From: a virus
Strand: one strand, 5' to 3'
IMG/VR virus record: IMGVR_UViG_3300046171_000314
Coordinates: 83,879 to 147,878 of that record
DNA: 64,000 bases
Of the stretch, positions 20,039-29,536 are shown piece by piece. The number at the start of each line of letters is the position of its first letter. Position 1 is the stretch's first letter. A program made the position numbers and the translations under genes. The notes under the pieces were generated by a model. That model did not search any database. It had not been told where the DNA came from and saw only the letters and a list, made by a program, of their open reading frames with translations.

Positions 20039-20560
20039 ATGAGCAACAAGCAAAAATTAATTGACCTGATGAAAGAAGGCGACATATCTTCAATAAAACA
20101 AGCAATAGAGTTGAACAAAGTTCTGAATTTGCTTCCTACTCAAAAACTTTTTGATGCCTTAGAGTGGAATGGCAAAGTGTTGACTGAAGAGTTGTTTGAG
20201 TATGTTTCTGAGATAGATGCAATCAATGACATCTTTGATAAGATTCGCAAAAAGTATGGCGGAGAAAACTCTGATAGTATTGCAAGGTTTTTTCCTATTG
20301 ATACAGGATCACACTTGCTGCAGCAATCATTTTATATGTTCTTTGAAATGGATAAGTTGTTTTCTTATTCTCCATCTTCTCCTGTATCGGCATCCATTAA
20401 AAAATTATCCGACATTGAAAAAGATATTCGTAGTGGGATCGCATCTGCCAAAGGCATTTCATTGGCAGGGGAAGTTCTTATGTTCACTATTTCAGATAAA
20501 GACATCCTATTTCAAGCAAGTTTGAACGTAGACCTAGACTTTTTCATCTCACGACTTTAG
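20039..20560 (+). CDS. Hypothetical protein, second leader family (KLIDL..D..IKQAIEL)
   Basis: N-terminus shared with ORFs at 49465 and 50739. Confidence 0.65.
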   Translation: MSNKQKLIDLMKEGDISSIKQAIELNKVLNLLPTQKLFDALEWNGKVLTEELFEYVSEIDAINDIFDKIRKKYGGENSDSIARFFPIDTGSHLLQQSFYMFFEMDKLFSYSPSSPVSASIKKLSDIEKDIRSGIASAKGISLAGEVLMFTISDKDILFQASLNVDLDFFISRL

Positions 20561-20570
20561 GAGATAAAAC

Positions 20571-21188
20571 ATGAAAATCGCAAAGCCACCTTTCACAATG
20601 ATTGCACCACAAATCAAAAGTCCAAGCGACCCAAGCAAGGGTGTTGCTGCTACGGTTTCGGGTAATGCGGTCACTTTTCAAGAAGTCTCTGAGTTCCAAA
20701 GTGCTGTTCCTTCAACTCACCCACTCCCTTCTCGTGGCGGCTTGCACAGAACAATAAAAGGAAATCTCACAGGAACACCGACAGGAGCAGTAGCCCAAAT
20801 CGAATTTGATCCTGCCGCTACGGTACATAGCATTCCCTTTAATCTTTTTATTGGTTCATATGAACTTCGCTCAGGACACTCTGCCTCTTACAGTTCTTCC
20901 ACAGACCTTGTTGGGGAGTTTCAGAACTCAAACAATATCAGCCCTGCTGCAAATACTCTTGCAGTGGCTGACTTTTTGGCAACCCTTGAAACTGCTTTGC
21001 AGGCTGTAGGTTTTTCGACATCGGTTGTTGGCAGTACTATTGAGATTACAGCACCCATTGGGTTAGACTATAATGACTTAGAGATTTCTTATTCTATTCG
21101 TGGTGTTGCCACAGGTTCTACTCCTATTGTATCCATTACACAATTTTCAGGAGGTCTTCCATCTGTCGGTGGTATTGTGATCTCATAG
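20571..21188 (+). CDS. Hypothetical virion structural protein
   Basis: AGGAG RBS; Ser/Thr/Gly-rich. Confidence 0.6.
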   Translation: MKIAKPPFTMIAPQIKSPSDPSKGVAATVSGNAVTFQEVSEFQSAVPSTHPLPSRGGLHRTIKGNLTGTPTGAVAQIEFDPAATVHSIPFNLFIGSYELRSGHSASYSSSTDLVGEFQNSNNISPAANTLAVADFLATLETALQAVGFSTSVVGSTIEITAPIGLDYNDLEISYSIRGVATGSTPIVSITQFSGGLPSVGGIVIS

Positions 21189-21198
21189 GAGGAAAAGT

Positions 21199-21999
21199 AT
21201 GTCTGAAGAAAGCAAGCCTGAGATAGATAAGCAGGCAGTATTGGCGGCTCTGCCATCAGATGTTTCTCGTATCCAAGTAAAGGATACCGAAGATAAGATT
21301 AGGTTTCGTTTGTTGGATGAGGTTCGTTGGGATGACGAACTACAATTTAATAAACATGGACAGCCTATTGTAATGCGAGGTTCTTTGGGTCGCCCCAAAG
21401 ATGATTCTCGTTCTCCCATACCAACGGTTTTGGAGGAGGAGAAAGACCCAAATGTCTTTGTGCCCATAGTTAAGAGCAAAGGGAAAAAATCATTTATTAA
21501 GAATAAAGCACCTACCGCTCCAACACAGCCTACGATACAAACCCCTGTCGCAGTTGTTCCTGCAACAAGTATCCCCCAACCTACCCCTGCAACGAGTGGG
21601 GTTCTTGGAACAATAAAAGAAGACCCTGAGAGCGTGGATGTTCTGTACCACGTTATGCAAGGCTTGGCAGAAGAGGCGGAGGCTATGGCACACGCAAGGC
21701 TTTTGTTGGAGTCACAGGGTAAGAACGCCTCCAATGTATCAGCCAAGCGAGTATCGGCACTAAGGGCTGTCGGAGATACTTGGTTGAAAAGAAAAGAGCA
21801 AATTGGGTCAAAGGGTGTGGACTTGAATTCTCTTGCTTTCAAAAGGGTTTTCACATTTATTATGGATACCTTTCGAGTGTCTTTGATGGTGAGTGGTGTT
21901 CGTGCGGAGCAAATCGAAGTAATCTTCGCAAAACTTGCGGCAAAGATCGACGACGATTGGATGAAAGAGGCTCAGAAGAAAGTCGAAGGCGAGGAATAA
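21199..21999 (+). CDS. Possible terminase small subunit
   Basis: Directly upstream of terL; helical C-terminal half; the call is positional only. Confidence 0.45.
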   Translation: MSEESKPEIDKQAVLAALPSDVSRIQVKDTEDKIRFRLLDEVRWDDELQFNKHGQPIVMRGSLGRPKDDSRSPIPTVLEEEKDPNVFVPIVKSKGKKSFIKNKAPTAPTQPTIQTPVAVVPATSIPQPTPATSGVLGTIKEDPESVDVLYHVMQGLAEEAEAMAHARLLLESQGKNASNVSAKRVSALRAVGDTWLKRKEQIGSKGVDLNSLAFKRVFTFIMDTFRVSLMVSGVRAEQIEVIFAKLAAKIDDDWMKEAQKKVEGEE

Positions 22000-22002
22000 T
22001 CT

Positions 22003-23820
22003 ATGGCAGGTCTTGCTGACATTGCAATGGGTGCAGGCAGGGTTCGTGGCAGTGAAAGTCGAGATGTTGTAGATATTATCACTTTCATTGAGAGCGAATG
22101 GGGCTTGAAGATGAAACTTTTCCCCATTCAAAGAGTGATCTTGAAAGCCCACTATGGGATACCTCTTGATGACAAAGTTAAGGATGTGCCTGTATCGGAT
22201 TGGAGGCGTATCAATAACAGAATGATGACCGAGTTAGAGTACCTCCAATACCTTTATGATGATGGTCGGTGTAACATTAACTATGTTGAAGAAGGACACG
22301 AAAGACGAGAAATGATTCTCTCTGTTGGTCGAAGATCAGGAAAAACTACAATTAGTGCTTGTGTTGCTGCCTATGAGACGTACAAGTTGATTTCAAAAGG
22401 TGATCCACAAGCCTTTTATGGGTTGCCTGCAAGCAACGTTATACAGTTGATATCTGTTGCGACAGATAAAGACCAAGCAGGTTTGTTGTACAACGAGGTA
22501 TCAGGACACTTTCGGAACTGTACTTTTTTCACACCGTATATGGCTAACAACACAATGTCTTACGCAAGGTTTCAAACACCTATGGACATTGATAGGTATG
22601 GGTCTTATGCAGAGGACAATAGTGCCAATGCGAACATCAAGGTAACATTCAGGTCTTGTGTTGCTAAGGGTCTTCGTGGTGCAGGTAATATTTGCGTCAT
22701 CCTTGATGAGGTTGCTCACTTTACGGATAAAGGACAGAGTGGTGCAGAGGCGGTTTATAATGCGGTCACACCTTCGACATCGGCATACTCACAGAAAGAC
22801 CCCAATGACAAATCAAAGCCTGTCGGACCTGTTGAAGGTCGAATTATTTCGATTAGTTCCCCTCTTGGAAAACAAGGTTTGTTCTATAAGTTGTTTCAAA
22901 CTGCTATGGGCAGCGGAAAGGCAGCGGAGAATATGTTGGCTGTTCAAGCCCCTACTTGGGAGGTAAATCCTACTGTTCCTGCAAGCGAATTTGAGAAGCA
23001 TTATGTGAAAGACCCACGAGTATTTTTTACGGAATATGGTGCAGAGTTTTCAGATAGAACTAGGGGTTGGATAGAAGATAGGGTTGACTTAATGGCTTGT
23101 GTCATTGATGGTCGGAAAGCAAAGCAACGAGGTATTCCTCGATCTCCGCACTTTATGGGAATTGACTTGGGCTTAGTGGGTGATGGCAGTGCCGTTGCTA
23201 TTGGGCACATAGAAGATGGAAAGGTGATTCTTGATTGTGTGGAACAAATAAAGGCAGGCGAAGGGGCATTTGTCGACAAGGAAAGACTAGAGTTTGATGA
23301 TGTTGCTGATTGGGTTTATGAATGGACAAAGAAGTTCTACATAAAAGAAGGAATGTTCGATCAATGGGCAGGAATACCTTTTGAACAGGCTCTTGCGAAA
23401 AGAGGGTTGAAAGTTATAAAGTCGAAGCACTTTACAAAGACCCTAACATCTCAAATGTTTCAGAATTTTAAGAACTTAATGTTTGATGAGAAGTTGGAAT
23501 TATACAATGACCCTTCTGAGGAAGAGGAGTTGTCAGACTATCTCCAAGAGTTGCTTGAACTTCAAGCCCAAATACATAGCAAACACCTCATTACAGTAGA
23601 AGCCCCCCAAGTAGATGGAAAACACGATGATATGTCAGATGCCATAGTTCGTATGGTGTGGTGTGCTTCCCAAAATATGTCAAAGCAGTTAAGGATGACT
23701 ACATCGAGTGGAAAGGTTTTCGGTAATGCTCCAATAAATTCTAATAGGCGACACGTAAAGAGTAGGGTTAGGGCTATGAAAGGTGGTTCTCATCCAAGTC
23801 GATACAAGAAGAAAAGATGA
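22003..23820 (+). CDS. terL: Terminase large subunit
   Basis: GRRSGKT Walker A, ILDEVAH Walker B, ISSP, nuclease motifs GIDLG and HDDMSDA. Confidence 0.95.
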   Translation: MAGLADIAMGAGRVRGSESRDVVDIITFIESEWGLKMKLFPIQRVILKAHYGIPLDDKVKDVPVSDWRRINNRMMTELEYLQYLYDDGRCNINYVEEGHERREMILSVGRRSGKTTISACVAAYETYKLISKGDPQAFYGLPASNVIQLISVATDKDQAGLLYNEVSGHFRNCTFFTPYMANNTMSYARFQTPMDIDRYGSYAEDNSANANIKVTFRSCVAKGLRGAGNICVILDEVAHFTDKGQSGAEAVYNAVTPSTSAYSQKDPNDKSKPVGPVEGRIISISSPLGKQGLFYKLFQTAMGSGKAAENMLAVQAPTWEVNPTVPASEFEKHYVKDPRVFFTEYGAEFSDRTRGWIEDRVDLMACVIDGRKAKQRGIPRSPHFMGIDLGLVGDGSAVAIGHIEDGKVILDCVEQIKAGEGAFVDKERLEFDDVADWVYEWTKKFYIKEGMFDQWAGIPFEQALAKRGLKVIKSKHFTKTLTSQMFQNFKNLMFDEKLELYNDPSEEEELSDYLQELLELQAQIHSKHLITVEAPQVDGKHDDMSDAIVRMVWCASQNMSKQLRMTTSSGKVFGNAPINSNRRHVKSRVRAMKGGSHPSRYKKKR

Positions 23821-23830
23821 GGGTGCTTCA

Positions 23831-24073
23831 ATGTCAAAACCTATTCGCTCTGATTACCGATTGGTTCAGAGATTAATAAAGATACAGGGAAAAAAGAAGG
23901 GTCTTTCCCCCACGAGTGGGGATTTCGATAAGATCATTCGTGCCTTTGGTCAGGTAGGAGGTTCTTGGGAGAAGTTATTCAAGGGAAGTGTGGATGATAT
24001 GTCCCTCTTGAAAAAAATAATCAAAGTCGGCATTGAAAAAGAACTCTTTACAAAGAAAGACACTTGGAGTTGA
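23831..24073 (+). CDS. Hypothetical protein
   Basis: ATG 23831 with GAGG RBS. Confidence 0.55.
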   Translation: MSKPIRSDYRLVQRLIKIQGKKKGLSPTSGDFDKIIRAFGQVGGSWEKLFKGSVDDMSLLKKIIKVGIEKELFTKKDTWS

Positions 24074-24074
24074 T

Positions 24075-24644
24075 ATGAGATTGATACACCATTCAATGGG
24101 AAATGCAGAGCACGATGTAGAGTTAAACTTTCTTGGGGATAGATTTCCTGTCAAAGCACACCCAATACTGAGAGAGAGCGGTTGGCGTGGGGGTCAATGG
24201 GTAATGTATGTGACAGCCCCTACTAGCGAAGAATTTATGGTTGTCAAAAGTGATGGCACAGCCTGTGCAGGATTTCTGCTTTTTCCAAGTGAGAATTACG
24301 ACCCTGTTCCTCCCTTTGGAACAGGGGTGGGATCTACTGAAAATTACATAGGGATTCAGCCTGCGGCTAATCCAAATAACGCCATCACGATGGTGAATGG
24401 AGGAACACGAGCCTACTTTAAGGTTTTTGAAACAGTTGCTTTAAGTGGTGGAACAAGATCAGGAGGGGCGATTACTTATTCTTTGAATGAGGAGATAAAG
24501 ATATCGGAGAATGGCTTACTCTGTAATGATAGTAATGTGCAATTTGGGCTTGCAGGGATTACAACTCCTGTCGTCATTGGTATAGTGTCAGCAATACCTA
24601 ATCCTGCTAATGGGAATAGGCTTTGTGTGGATATAAAGTATTGA
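24075..24644 (+). CDS. Capsid cement/decoration-like protein, paralogue of the ORF at 35717
   Basis: FET...TY...S.NG.L...IGI pattern shared with the ORF at 35717. Confidence 0.55.
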   Translation: MRLIHHSMGNAEHDVELNFLGDRFPVKAHPILRESGWRGGQWVMYVTAPTSEEFMVVKSDGTACAGFLLFPSENYDPVPPFGTGVGSTENYIGIQPAANPNNAITMVNGGTRAYFKVFETVALSGGTRSGGAITYSLNEEIKISENGLLCNDSNVQFGLAGITTPVVIGIVSAIPNPANGNRLCVDIKY

Positions 24645-24645
24645 T

Positions 24646-24945
24646 ATGGGAAGACTTAGAGCAAGATTAGCAACAAATCCTGTTGAAAAGGATATATTAA
24701 AGAACTTGGCAGAGGCGGAACGGTCTTTATTGAAAGTTCTCGACATTGCTCGTTCGAGTCGTAAGGACAAAAATCTCCGACTCGGTAGATTGTCTGAAAT
24801 TGAGCAGAAGGTACAATCGGCTATTCGCTTGATAGATAATCCCCCAAGCATTACATCTAAGATAGATGCACAAGACCCTGATTTAAATCCGACAGTTCGT
24901 GATAGAAAACGAATGGAACGGATGGAAAAGAGAGGTAAGAAATGA
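24646..24945 (+). CDS. Hypothetical basic protein
   Basis: Abuts both neighbours. Confidence 0.55.
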   Translation: MGRLRARLATNPVEKDILKNLAEAERSLLKVLDIARSSRKDKNLRLGRLSEIEQKVQSAIRLIDNPPSITSKIDAQDPDLNPTVRDRKRMERMEKRGKK

Positions 24946-26627
24946 CAAAGAAAAACGAGGGTGAAAAAGAAGTAGCCAAGTTAAAATCACGTCCTAATGT
25001 TCAGACAGGCAAGCCTCGAAAACTAACAGCAAGTTCAATGCGGATTGCAGGGTTACAGACTTACTCAGGGTCAGAGGGTTCAGGAGGGAATTTTTATTCT
25101 CCTGAGTTGAGCACGGACTTTCTTGAACTTCCTCAGAGTATGCACGAGCGATGGAACTACTTTCGGTTCTTCTATCGGTCTGAACCTTTCGTCGGGCAGG
25201 CAATTGACTTACACACTGAGTTGCCCCTATCTAAGATTAGGCTTGGATTTCCTAAGTACATAAAGAACAGAGATATGGCGAAAGAGGCTTTGGTGTTTTG
25301 TGAGAGATGGTCAAAGAAGATTGGGCTGCTCCATAGAATGATAGAAATTGTCCACGAATATAATCTTATTGGTGAGGTCTTTGTTTTTATGGAGGACACG
25401 ACTCCTGACCCCCCTAAAAGGTTGAGATATGAAACTGTCCGAAGGTTGGAAGAAGATGGCACTCTCTTTGAGGAAGAGATTGAACACGAAAACGCAGACG
25501 AAAAAGAGATTGAGTGGTTAAAGAAAAACTACTCAGGTTGGACAGCCATTCGAGTGCTTCCTCCTGAGCAAGTACATGTTCAATCCTTTCCGTTCACCGA
25601 CGAAAAGATAATGGAACTTATTCCTGACAGTAAGACAAAGGATATCATTGCCCAATCAGACGCAGGGGACATTCACGCCAAAAGGGTGGTTGATTCAATG
25701 CCAAAGGGTGTTGTTGATTCGGTTCGTGAAGGGAACAACATTCCTTTGAACACTGATCCTGAGGCAGGTTCTTTTGTGACCTACCTTGCTCGTAAAAAAT
25801 CTCAGTACGAAGATAGAGGGCATTCTATTCTTGAACGGTGTATTCGGACACTTGTTTTCAGAGATAAATTACGCCAAGCAAATACAAGTATTGCCTCTCG
25901 TCATATGACACCTATTCGATTGGTCTTTGCTGAGGATATGGATGTCCAAGATGTAGAAGATTTGAGAGAACAGGTCGACTTGGCTCTTGCTGATCCCGAC
26001 TTTTCGATTATCGCCAACTTTCAAATTAATTGGGAAGAGATGGGTTCAGATCAAAGACTCTTGGAGTTGTCAGGAGAGTATGACTTGACCGATAGACAGT
26101 TGTATGCAGGTCTTGGGGTAACAGAGGGGCTACTTAGCGGTGAAAGTTCTTACAGTGGGGATAGAATAAACCTTGAGGTCATCAACACTCGCTATATGCT
26201 TCTTCGAGAAATCTTACAGGATTTGGTTGAGGAAAAGATGCTCAAACCAATGTGTGCTCGTATGGGTTTCATAGAAGAAGATGAGTATGGCAATGAGCAG
26301 GTGTTATATCCGACACTATCCTTTACTCGTTTGGCTCTCAGAGATAACAATGACACCTTTGATGCGTTGTTCAACCTGTATCAAAAGGGTTCGCTTGATG
26401 TTGATATTATTCTCGAACTCTTGAACATTGATCCTGTGGCAACCAAAGAGAAATTAGAGAGAGATTTATTTACTATTAATGATGGCTCATTCAATGAGGT
26501 CTTGCGAGGTATCTACGGTGATGTGGGTCGAGCATTGGCAGAGAACAGCGATGCGGTAGAGATTATTGCGAAGAACTTGGGCTTAGACTATGCTGTTCCT
26601 GAGGAAGAGGGTGGCGGCAGGTTCTAA
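24942..26627 (+). CDS. Portal protein
   Basis: 561 aa after terL; FY..EPFV.QAIDLH, EY.LIGEVF, RGHSILERC, GLGV..GLL features of jumbo-phage portals. Confidence 0.85.
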   Translation: MTKKNEGEKEVAKLKSRPNVQTGKPRKLTASSMRIAGLQTYSGSEGSGGNFYSPELSTDFLELPQSMHERWNYFRFFYRSEPFVGQAIDLHTELPLSKIRLGFPKYIKNRDMAKEALVFCERWSKKIGLLHRMIEIVHEYNLIGEVFVFMEDTTPDPPKRLRYETVRRLEEDGTLFEEEIEHENADEKEIEWLKKNYSGWTAIRVLPPEQVHVQSFPFTDEKIMELIPDSKTKDIIAQSDAGDIHAKRVVDSMPKGVVDSVREGNNIPLNTDPEAGSFVTYLARKKSQYEDRGHSILERCIRTLVFRDKLRQANTSIASRHMTPIRLVFAEDMDVQDVEDLREQVDLALADPDFSIIANFQINWEEMGSDQRLLELSGEYDLTDRQLYAGLGVTEGLLSGESSYSGDRINLEVINTRYMLLREILQDLVEEKMLKPMCARMGFIEEDEYGNEQVLYPTLSFTRLALRDNNDTFDALFNLYQKGSLDVDIILELLNIDPVATKEKLERDLFTINDGSFNEVLRGIYGDVGRALAENSDAVEIIAKNLGLDYAVPEEEGGGRF

Positions 26628-26628
26628 T

Positions 26629-27036
26629 CTACCTAACACTGTGTCGAGGATTACCTGTTAGATTGGCAAGGGAGATGTGGAACGTTCTGTTCTCCCTTAT
26701 ATTAATTCCAAGATCCCTTCTAATACTATCCACAAACTTTTCTAATGCTTTTTGAGTGGTTGGGGTTACTTTCAGTGCCCAAGTTTCACGACCTTGTTTT
26801 TCGTCTATTCTGTACCAAATTTTATTCTCAAATTGAATCTTTGGTATTGTAGGGAACACAAACTCTTTCGAATTAAGAATATCCTTGTAAGGAGATAAGA
26901 TATCATAATGTATAAGAGTGATGTGGGTAACACTTGGGTCAAGAACTACTGCTCTTTCGGGAAAAGAAAACCTCTTGTGTATTTCTCCAAAAGAGCGATC
27001 TTTTAACATCAGTATTCCATCGAATTTGATTTTCAT
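26629..27036 (-). CDS. 2H phosphoesterase
   Basis: Two HxT/S motifs (HITL, FHISL); GGAG RBS before ATG 27036. Confidence 0.8.
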   Translation of the reverse strand: MKIKFDGILMLKDRSFGEIHKRFSFPERAVVLDPSVTHITLIHYDILSPYKDILNSKEFVFPTIPKIQFENKIWYRIDEKQGRETWALKVTPTTQKALEKFVDSIRRDLGINIRENRTFHISLANLTGNPRHSVR

Positions 27037-27074
27037 TGTTGCTCCGAGTTTATCTTTCCTGAATAATAGAAAGA

Positions 27075-27470
27075 TTATTTGGCGGCTTGTGCTTTCTCTA
27101 ACAGTTGTTTGATGTGCCACGAGCCAATTAAGGAACTGTTGAGAGTCTGCTCGATAGCCATTTGATCCATCTCTAATCGTTGATCGAGCCAAATAGCAAG
27201 TCGAATAACGTGCTTACAGATGTTCTTTCTTTTACTGCCTTCACATTCACACCTAACGGTTCTGTCTTTTATACTAATGCTTGTGTTGTATACCTGAGCA
27301 TTTTCAAGAGGGGTGTGTGTCATACCAACAACAACTCCGCTTTCAATATTGACAGAAGGGATTTCAAGGGCGACCTTGCTTGCTCTTTTCTTTCCCTCTG
27401 CTCCTTGTGCTTCAATGAGTTTGCTTAGGGTTTTTCGGTATTCTATGGTCTTTGATAGTACATTCATCAT
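27075..27470 (-). CDS. SWIM zinc-finger protein
   Basis: CEC...ICKH; AGGAG RBS. Confidence 0.75.
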   Translation of the reverse strand: MMNVLSKTIEYRKTLSKLIEAQGAEGKKRASKVALEIPSVNIESGVVVGMTHTPLENAQVYNTSISIKDRTVRCECEGSKRKNICKHVIRLAIWLDQRLEMDQMAIEQTLNSSLIGSWHIKQLLEKAQAAK

Positions 27471-27566
27471 ATCTCCTATTGCTTGTAATAGGATTACCGA
27501 AATGGGGTTGAGATCTGATCGTTAATTCCTCTATATTTCTTTCAAAGTGAACATAAGGAGAAGAAC

Positions 27567-27905
27567 ATGTCTAATTTAAGAAGCAAAATCATTCGACTTG
27601 CTCACGCAAAACCTGAGTTGCGAAAGCACTTACTACCTCTTGTCACTAATAAAAAGGCTTACAAAGACCCTTGTAATGGAGGTTCTTACTTCGGTGATAG
27701 TTATGACGAGACTATGGTAGGTCTTGAAGAATGTCACGATGAAAAAATTAATGAAAAAAAAGTCGACGATGCTTTTGAATTACTCACAATATTAAGTAAC
27801 GAAGATGATTTTGAATTTCCAAATGGAATGGAAACAGTAAGTTTGAAATTTCGTCTTAATCGGGCAGAGTCTGAATTCGTGAAGTGGCATTACGACAACG
27901 TATAA
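27567..27905 (+). CDS. Leader-family protein 3
   Basis: LRSKIIRLAHAKPELRKHLLPLVTNKKA; late motif at 27521-27535. Confidence 0.75.
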   Translation: MSNLRSKIIRLAHAKPELRKHLLPLVTNKKAYKDPCNGGSYFGDSYDETMVGLEECHDEKINEKKVDDAFELLTILSNEDDFEFPNGMETVSLKFRLNRAESEFVKWHYDNV

Positions 27906-28292
27906 TCAATGTCTATCTAAGTGCTCTAACAAAAGAGCGTGGGCATCCATAAGATTGTTGTCTTTAAGGATGCTCAAGGCTACTTGATCACAGTGGCTCT
28001 CATCTAGGGTTTTCAAATAGATGTGAGCCATTTCGTGTGCAAGGATTACGAACAGGTGGTCGGCACTGAACCAATCTGTGTGTAATATTTCTTTATCCAA
28101 TAGAATCAGAGGTTGTGGGACATCTTCCCAAACAGCAAAAGCGTGTGAGTCTTTGAACATTGACATTTCGAAGTGCCACTTGCTATCTTCAGGCAGTTCG
28201 AACTTATCATTATACTTATCGAGTACGAGTACGAGAATGCTTTCATCCAAAGGACAATCGAATCTTGTGTATTGCTCTAAGTTCATACTCAC
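27906..28292 (-). CDS. HExxH metallopeptidase (ImmA/IrrE-like)
   Basis: ILAHEMAHI..E.HCD; start may be ATG 28286; late-type motif on the minus strand at 28311-28325. Confidence 0.7.
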   Translation of the reverse strand: MSMNLEQYTRFDCPLDESILVLVLDKYNDKFELPEDSKWHFEMSMFKDSHAFAVWEDVPQPLILLDKEILHTDWFSADHLFVILAHEMAHIYLKTLDESHCDQVALSILKDNNLMDAHALLLEHLDRH

Positions 28293-28377
28293 CTCATTAA
28301 TGGGTATTGTTATAGGGGTTTTATTGATTGATAATTGTTCTATAAACCTTTCTCAGTATTGAACGAGCAGGTAAGAT

Positions 28378-29535
28378 ATGTCTAAGAAGGTGTGGTCTGA
28401 ACTAGAAAGTATTTGGTTTCGAGAAGCCAAATACAAAGACAAAAAAACCATCAAAAATAAAGATGGTGAAGAGACAACTGTTTATGAATACAGTGATCGT
28501 CAGGTCAATACAAGAAACAAGGAGAAGTCTAAGAAGGTCGAGAAGATACGACAGAACATAGATGCCCTTGAAAAAACGGTTTATTCTGATCTTAAGAGTA
28601 AAGAAAACAAATTGGTTGCTCTTGCGGTTGCTCTCATAAACCACACTTATGAGCGAGTAGGGAACGATGAGAGTGCTTCCAATGGTCACTATGGGGTAAC
28701 AGGTTGGAAGAAGAAGCATCTGTCTTTCAAAGGCGGCAAAGCCATTCTTAAATACACAGGCAAGAGTGGTGTAAAGCACGAGAAAGAAATCACCGACAAG
28801 AAACTCGTCAGTGCTTTGAAAGAGATTTCAAAAGGATTATCAGGAGATGATTGTTTGTTGGAAGAGATCAGTGCCTCAGATGTGAATGACTATCTTGATC
28901 AATTTGGAATCACTGCGAAGGATATCAGAGGATATCACGCCAACAGAGAAATGCAGGAACGCCTTAAAGCCCTCCGAGAAGAAAACGGTGCTCTGCCTAA
29001 GGATAAGAAAGAAAAAGAACAACAACTCAAAGACGAGTTCAAAGAGGCATTAGAGGGAACAGCAAACTCGGTAGGGCACGAAGAGGCAACTCTCAGAAAG
29101 CAATACCTTGTGCCACACCTAGAAGACACCTATATGAAAGATGGTACGGTTATCACTACTCTGAAGGAAGCCTCTCGACTAGGGGACTGTTATGAGGCGG
29201 CAGGTAGGTATATGCTTGACAACTGCCACAGGAAAAACCTAATTCTTGTCCATGCGGAGGTAACAGGTCAGGGTAGGATTGATGGTGTGAAGTACGGACA
29301 CGCATTTATTCTTGATGGCAATACTGTAATAGATGTCTCAAATGGCAATAACATTAAGATGGAAAAAATGGTCTATTTCTTATTGGGTAAAATTGGGCAG
29401 TACGACCTGAAAACAGGGGATGTAGACACTAGCAAAGCCAATATGCACACATACACTTGCGACCAATTTCGAGAAAAGATTAGTAGACACGAACATTGGG
29501 GTCCGTGGGATCTTCAAACAAGTACAGGGTACTGA
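28378..29535 (+). CDS. DNA topoisomerase IB fused to a C-terminal Cys-His-Asp (papain/transglutaminase-like) domain
   Basis: RVGN, GKSG, KDIR, GH...RKQY catalytic pentad; after KEAS come GDCY, GHAF and VID. Confidence 0.85.
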   Translation: MSKKVWSELESIWFREAKYKDKKTIKNKDGEETTVYEYSDRQVNTRNKEKSKKVEKIRQNIDALEKTVYSDLKSKENKLVALAVALINHTYERVGNDESASNGHYGVTGWKKKHLSFKGGKAILKYTGKSGVKHEKEITDKKLVSALKEISKGLSGDDCLLEEISASDVNDYLDQFGITAKDIRGYHANREMQERLKALREENGALPKDKKEKEQQLKDEFKEALEGTANSVGHEEATLRKQYLVPHLEDTYMKDGTVITTLKEASRLGDCYEAAGRYMLDNCHRKNLILVHAEVTGQGRIDGVKYGHAFILDGNTVIDVSNGNNIKMEKMVYFLLGKIGQYDLKTGDVDTSKANMHTYTCDQFREKISRHEHWGPWDLQTSTGY

Positions 29536-29536
29536 T

